From: an uncultured Lentimicrobiaceae bacterium
Lineage (GTDB): Bacteria; Bacteroidota; Bacteroidia; Bacteroidales; SKPS01
DNA: 64,000 nucleotides
Assembly (NCBI GenBank): GCA_964652685.1
Contig: CAZZBS010000013.1
Span: 2,933-66,932, forward strand
Reading direction: 5' to 3'
In this document: in pieces, positions 61,224 through 64,000 of the stretch
How positions within the stretch are numbered: the stretch's first letter is position 1
Layout: every line of letters starts with the position of its first letter
Position numbers and translations under genes: made by a program
Notes under the pieces: model-generated
Database searches by the model: none
What the model was told of the DNA's origin: nothing
Seen by the model: only the letters and a program-made list of their open reading frames with translations

Positions 61224-63017
61224 ATGAGATCAGTTTTGGTTACATCCCTGCTTTGCCTGTTTGCTTTTTTTATAGCGGACAGGATATCAGCTCAATGCTG
61301 TATTTTCACCTACCAGCAACAGGTGGAGCCACCGACCTCCGCTGCAACGTTTGGGGTTGCATTGGGTGATTTTGACAATGATGGCGATCAGGATGCTGTC
61401 GCTATTTCAGCTTATTACGGGGTGGATGTTTATTTCAATAACGGGAGCGGAACATTTACATTGAGTGCCCAGTACGCTACCGGCAGCAATGGCGATTTCT
61501 ATGGGGTCCATGTAACTGATGTCGATAATGACAATGATCCGGATATCATTGCAATCCCATTTTATACTTCAACCCCATTGACTATTCTCTTCAACAATGG
61601 GGCGGGAGTGTTCTACCCCATAAGTATTTCATCCTCCATCGCCACCTACAATGCTGCCGTTGGGGATATCGACGGTGATAATGACATCGACATCTTCCTT
61701 CCAAACTCCGGAGGAGGTTCAGGAAAAGTATTCAAGAACAATGGCATGGGAACCTTTACCTTGTACCAGACTGTTACAGGTGCCCGTGGTCATTCAGCGG
61801 CCCTGGGAGACCTTGATAATGACGGTGATCTGGATGCCTTTATGGTAGAGAACAGCACTTATGGTTATTCTGTATTTCTCAACGATAGCACAGGCAATTA
61901 TACCCAGCTTGGAACTACCATGGGAGCCAATGGCTCCTTTGTTGCACTCGGAGACCTGGACCAGGACGATGACCTGGATGCATGGGTTGGTAAAATGAAC
62001 AACACATCTGAAATTTGGATTAATAACGGAAGCGCTTCATTTACCCTGCATTCAACCATCACTACTGGTTCCTACTGCAAATCGGTCAACCTTTACGACT
62101 TTGACAATGATGGCCTGCTTGATATTTTCCTCGGATTTTACAGCTCCACTCCACAAGTGTGGCAGAACCTTGGGGACCTTACGTTTACCCTCTGTTACCA
62201 GGCTCCTGTGGGATCAAGTTCGCATGGCCAGGCTGTCGGTTTCCTGAACAATGATCCTTATCTCGATATCTATTCAGGATTATTTAGTAACACCGATGGT
62301 GATTATGTTTTTCTGAATGCCAGCCCTTATATTGAATATCCTTCATCACCTTACTGTCCTTATGACACAACGACATACAATGTGGTAATGACCGGCACAC
62401 CGGGAGGAACTTTTGCTTCGGTGCAACCAGGCCTCGACCTGGATTCGGCCACAGGCGATATTATCCCTGTAACCAGCATTCCCGGATTCTATACGGTGCA
62501 GTACACCATTCCTGGCTGCAGCGTCAGCACTTCAGTAACCATCATAACGATGGATATGGGTACATCGGTCAGCAATACCACCATCACAGCAAACCAGGAT
62601 TCTGCTGCCTATCAGTGGGTGGATTGTAACAATGGATTTATTCCTCTTCCAGGGGATACAAACCAAACCTTCACCCCCTCCCAGTCAGGAAATTATGCGG
62701 TTATTGTGACCTACCAGGGATGTACCGATACTTCCGCCTGTGTGTATATTTCTATCTCAACAGATATTCCTGGGATGGATGATTCAGGTATCATTCAAAT
62801 CTTCCCCAATCCGGCAGATGAATTCTGTATCATAAGAGCACCCAGAAACTTTAGTGGTGTTCCTTTTGGCATATATGACCAAACCGGTAGAAAGATAATC
62901 TCAGGCTGTTTATCAGTGGATTTAACCCGTGTGGATTTGGCACCTTTGCATCACGGCTTCTATATTTTTAAGACAGAGGATGTTAAACGTCTGACATTTA
63001 AGTTGTTGAAGCTATAG
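61224..63017 (+). CDS. FG-GAP/VCBS-repeat protein with a T9SS type A C-terminal domain
   Basis: Repeated GDxDNDGDxD motifs; C-terminal IQIFPNPA...IYDQTGR...GFYI. Start ATG 61224. Confidence 0.88.
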   Translation: MRSVLVTSLLCLFAFFIADRISAQCCIFTYQQQVEPPTSAATFGVALGDFDNDGDQDAVAISAYYGVDVYFNNGSGTFTLSAQYATGSNGDFYGVHVTDVDNDNDPDIIAIPFYTSTPLTILFNNGAGVFYPISISSSIATYNAAVGDIDGDNDIDIFLPNSGGGSGKVFKNNGMGTFTLYQTVTGARGHSAALGDLDNDGDLDAFMVENSTYGYSVFLNDSTGNYTQLGTTMGANGSFVALGDLDQDDDLDAWVGKMNNTSEIWINNGSASFTLHSTITTGSYCKSVNLYDFDNDGLLDIFLGFYSSTPQVWQNLGDLTFTLCYQAPVGSSSHGQAVGFLNNDPYLDIYSGLFSNTDGDYVFLNASPYIEYPSSPYCPYDTTTYNVVMTGTPGGTFASVQPGLDLDSATGDIIPVTSIPGFYTVQYTIPGCSVSTSVTIITMDMGTSVSNTTITANQDSAAYQWVDCNNGFIPLPGDTNQTFTPSQSGNYAVIVTYQGCTDTSACVYISISTDIPGMDDSGIIQIFPNPADEFCIIRAPRNFSGVPFGIYDQTGRKIISGCLSVDLTRVDLAPLHHGFYIFKTEDVKRLTFKLLKL

Positions 63018-63175
63018 ACCTCAATGAACTGCCGCATCCGGAAGCAATTTCCGCATTACCACAGAATAGGTTGCCTGGTTTATTGCATCATCAATAATGA
63101 TGGATTTCATCACATAAAAGATTAGGTAAGGTGACAGGCAATCATTTCCCCTCCGGATTTGTTACTGAATCAGCC

Positions 63176-64000
63176 ATGGAACAATTAAAGTATTTCGTAA
63201 TCAGAGTTATTCGACCGGGACTTTTGGTGTTCTTGTTCATGTCTTTGCAGATGAATGGTTCTCCTCAGACTTCCATTACCCTATCTTTTACAGCTTCCTT
63301 TGAAGGGATTCACAAATCACTGGATAGCATAAAGATAGTAAATGTAACCCGTGGGGGGGATACAACCTTGTATGGTATTGACACAATGCTGTACCTGGGT
63401 CCCGGCATTACGGTTCAGGAGGATGGTTTTCAGCATAGCGAAGGGATGTCTGATGTTACGGTTTATCCTAATCCTTCCATGTCTTATGCATTTCTTCAAT
63501 TCTCTCTTTTGTCTGAGGATAAGGTCATAATCAGGGTGCTTGACCTGCAGGGAAAGGAGCAGATTAAACTCTTACGGGAGCTTCCAGCCGGGAAGCATCT
63601 TTTTTCTTTATCACCTGGTACAAGTGGGATTTTCCTGATATCAGCAGAAACCCGAACCCAACGTGTTGTCAGTAAATTCATACATTACGGGAATGATGCA
63701 GAGTCACGCCACATGGATTATCTGGGAAGTAAGATCGAGAACATGCGGACAGAAAAAACCGCTTCCGGATTTGACTGGATGCCGGGTGATCAGGTGAGGT
63801 ATACGGGTTTTGGCCCTCTGGACAGTTTTATTTTTGGCCACGATATCCTGGAAGATACCCTGGTGCATTCAGACACATGCACATTTTATCTCAGGCATGG
63901 CATCCCTTGTATCGATGCACCTTTCATTAATGATGTCGATGGGAATATTTACAGGACAGTACAGATCGGTAACCAGTGCTGGTTAAGGGAAAACCTCAGA
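63176..64000 (+). CDS. FISUMP-domain (Fibrobacter major paralogous domain) protein, partial; runs off the window and is not in the ORF track
   Basis: Open frame from ATG 63176 to the window end, translated by hand. It has an internal VTVYPNP...VLDLQGK CTD-like segment and ends DVDGNIYRTVQIGNQCWLRENLR. Confidence 0.8.
   Translation, partial: MEQLKYFVIRVIRPGLLVFLFMSLQMNGSPQTSITLSFTASFEGIHKSLDSIKIVNVTRGGDTTLYGIDTMLYLGPGITVQEDGFQHSEGMSDVTVYPNPSMSYAFLQFSLLSEDKVIIRVLDLQGKEQIKLLRELPAGKHLFSLSPGTSGIFLISAETRTQRVVSKFIHYGNDAESRHMDYLGSKIENMRTEKTASGFDWMPGDQVRYTGFGPLDSFIFGHDILEDTLVHSDTCTFYLRHGIPCIDAPFINDVDGNIYRTVQIGNQCWLRENLR

Overview
64 kb of a Bacteroidota chromosome, probably an anaerobic Bacteroidales/Marinilabiliales-like lineage (T9SS-type C-terminal domains, a PorV-like barrel and TAnnTTTG promoters). 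(1) 1-3180 is the right end of an AT-rich accessory island. It holds a leaderless XRE regulator with a palindromic operator, coupled to a compact PglX-like N6-adenine methyltransferase that runs off the window and is missing from the ORF track. The island ends in an attC-like hairpin that abuts the middle of a broken repeat-protein gene. (2) 3.2-15.8 kb holds two pseudogenes, a COG4337/iota-type carbonic anhydrase candidate and a receiver/kinase pair. It also has a formate module: a selenocysteine formate dehydrogenase (in-frame UGA plus SECIS, split in the ORF track), a NuoE-NuoF fusion with a degenerate Fe-S motif, an FNT channel, a P-loop-MobA fusion and a porin. (3) 16-32 kb holds an acyl-CoA ligase/bCerS-like GNAT/FAD-oxidoreductase cluster, katG, small repeat proteins and a TetR-led LolCDE-like export operon. 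(4) 32-41 kb is core housekeeping (ftsX, uppP, truB, queA, ispD, ruvC, greA). (5) 41-50 kb is a TonB-like barrel/T9SS cargo/PorV-paralogue trio. (6) 50-64 kb holds LytS/LytTR pairs, universal stress proteins and T9SS cargo. No rRNA, tRNA, CRISPR array or transposase was seen. All family assignments come from motif recognition by eye, not database searches.
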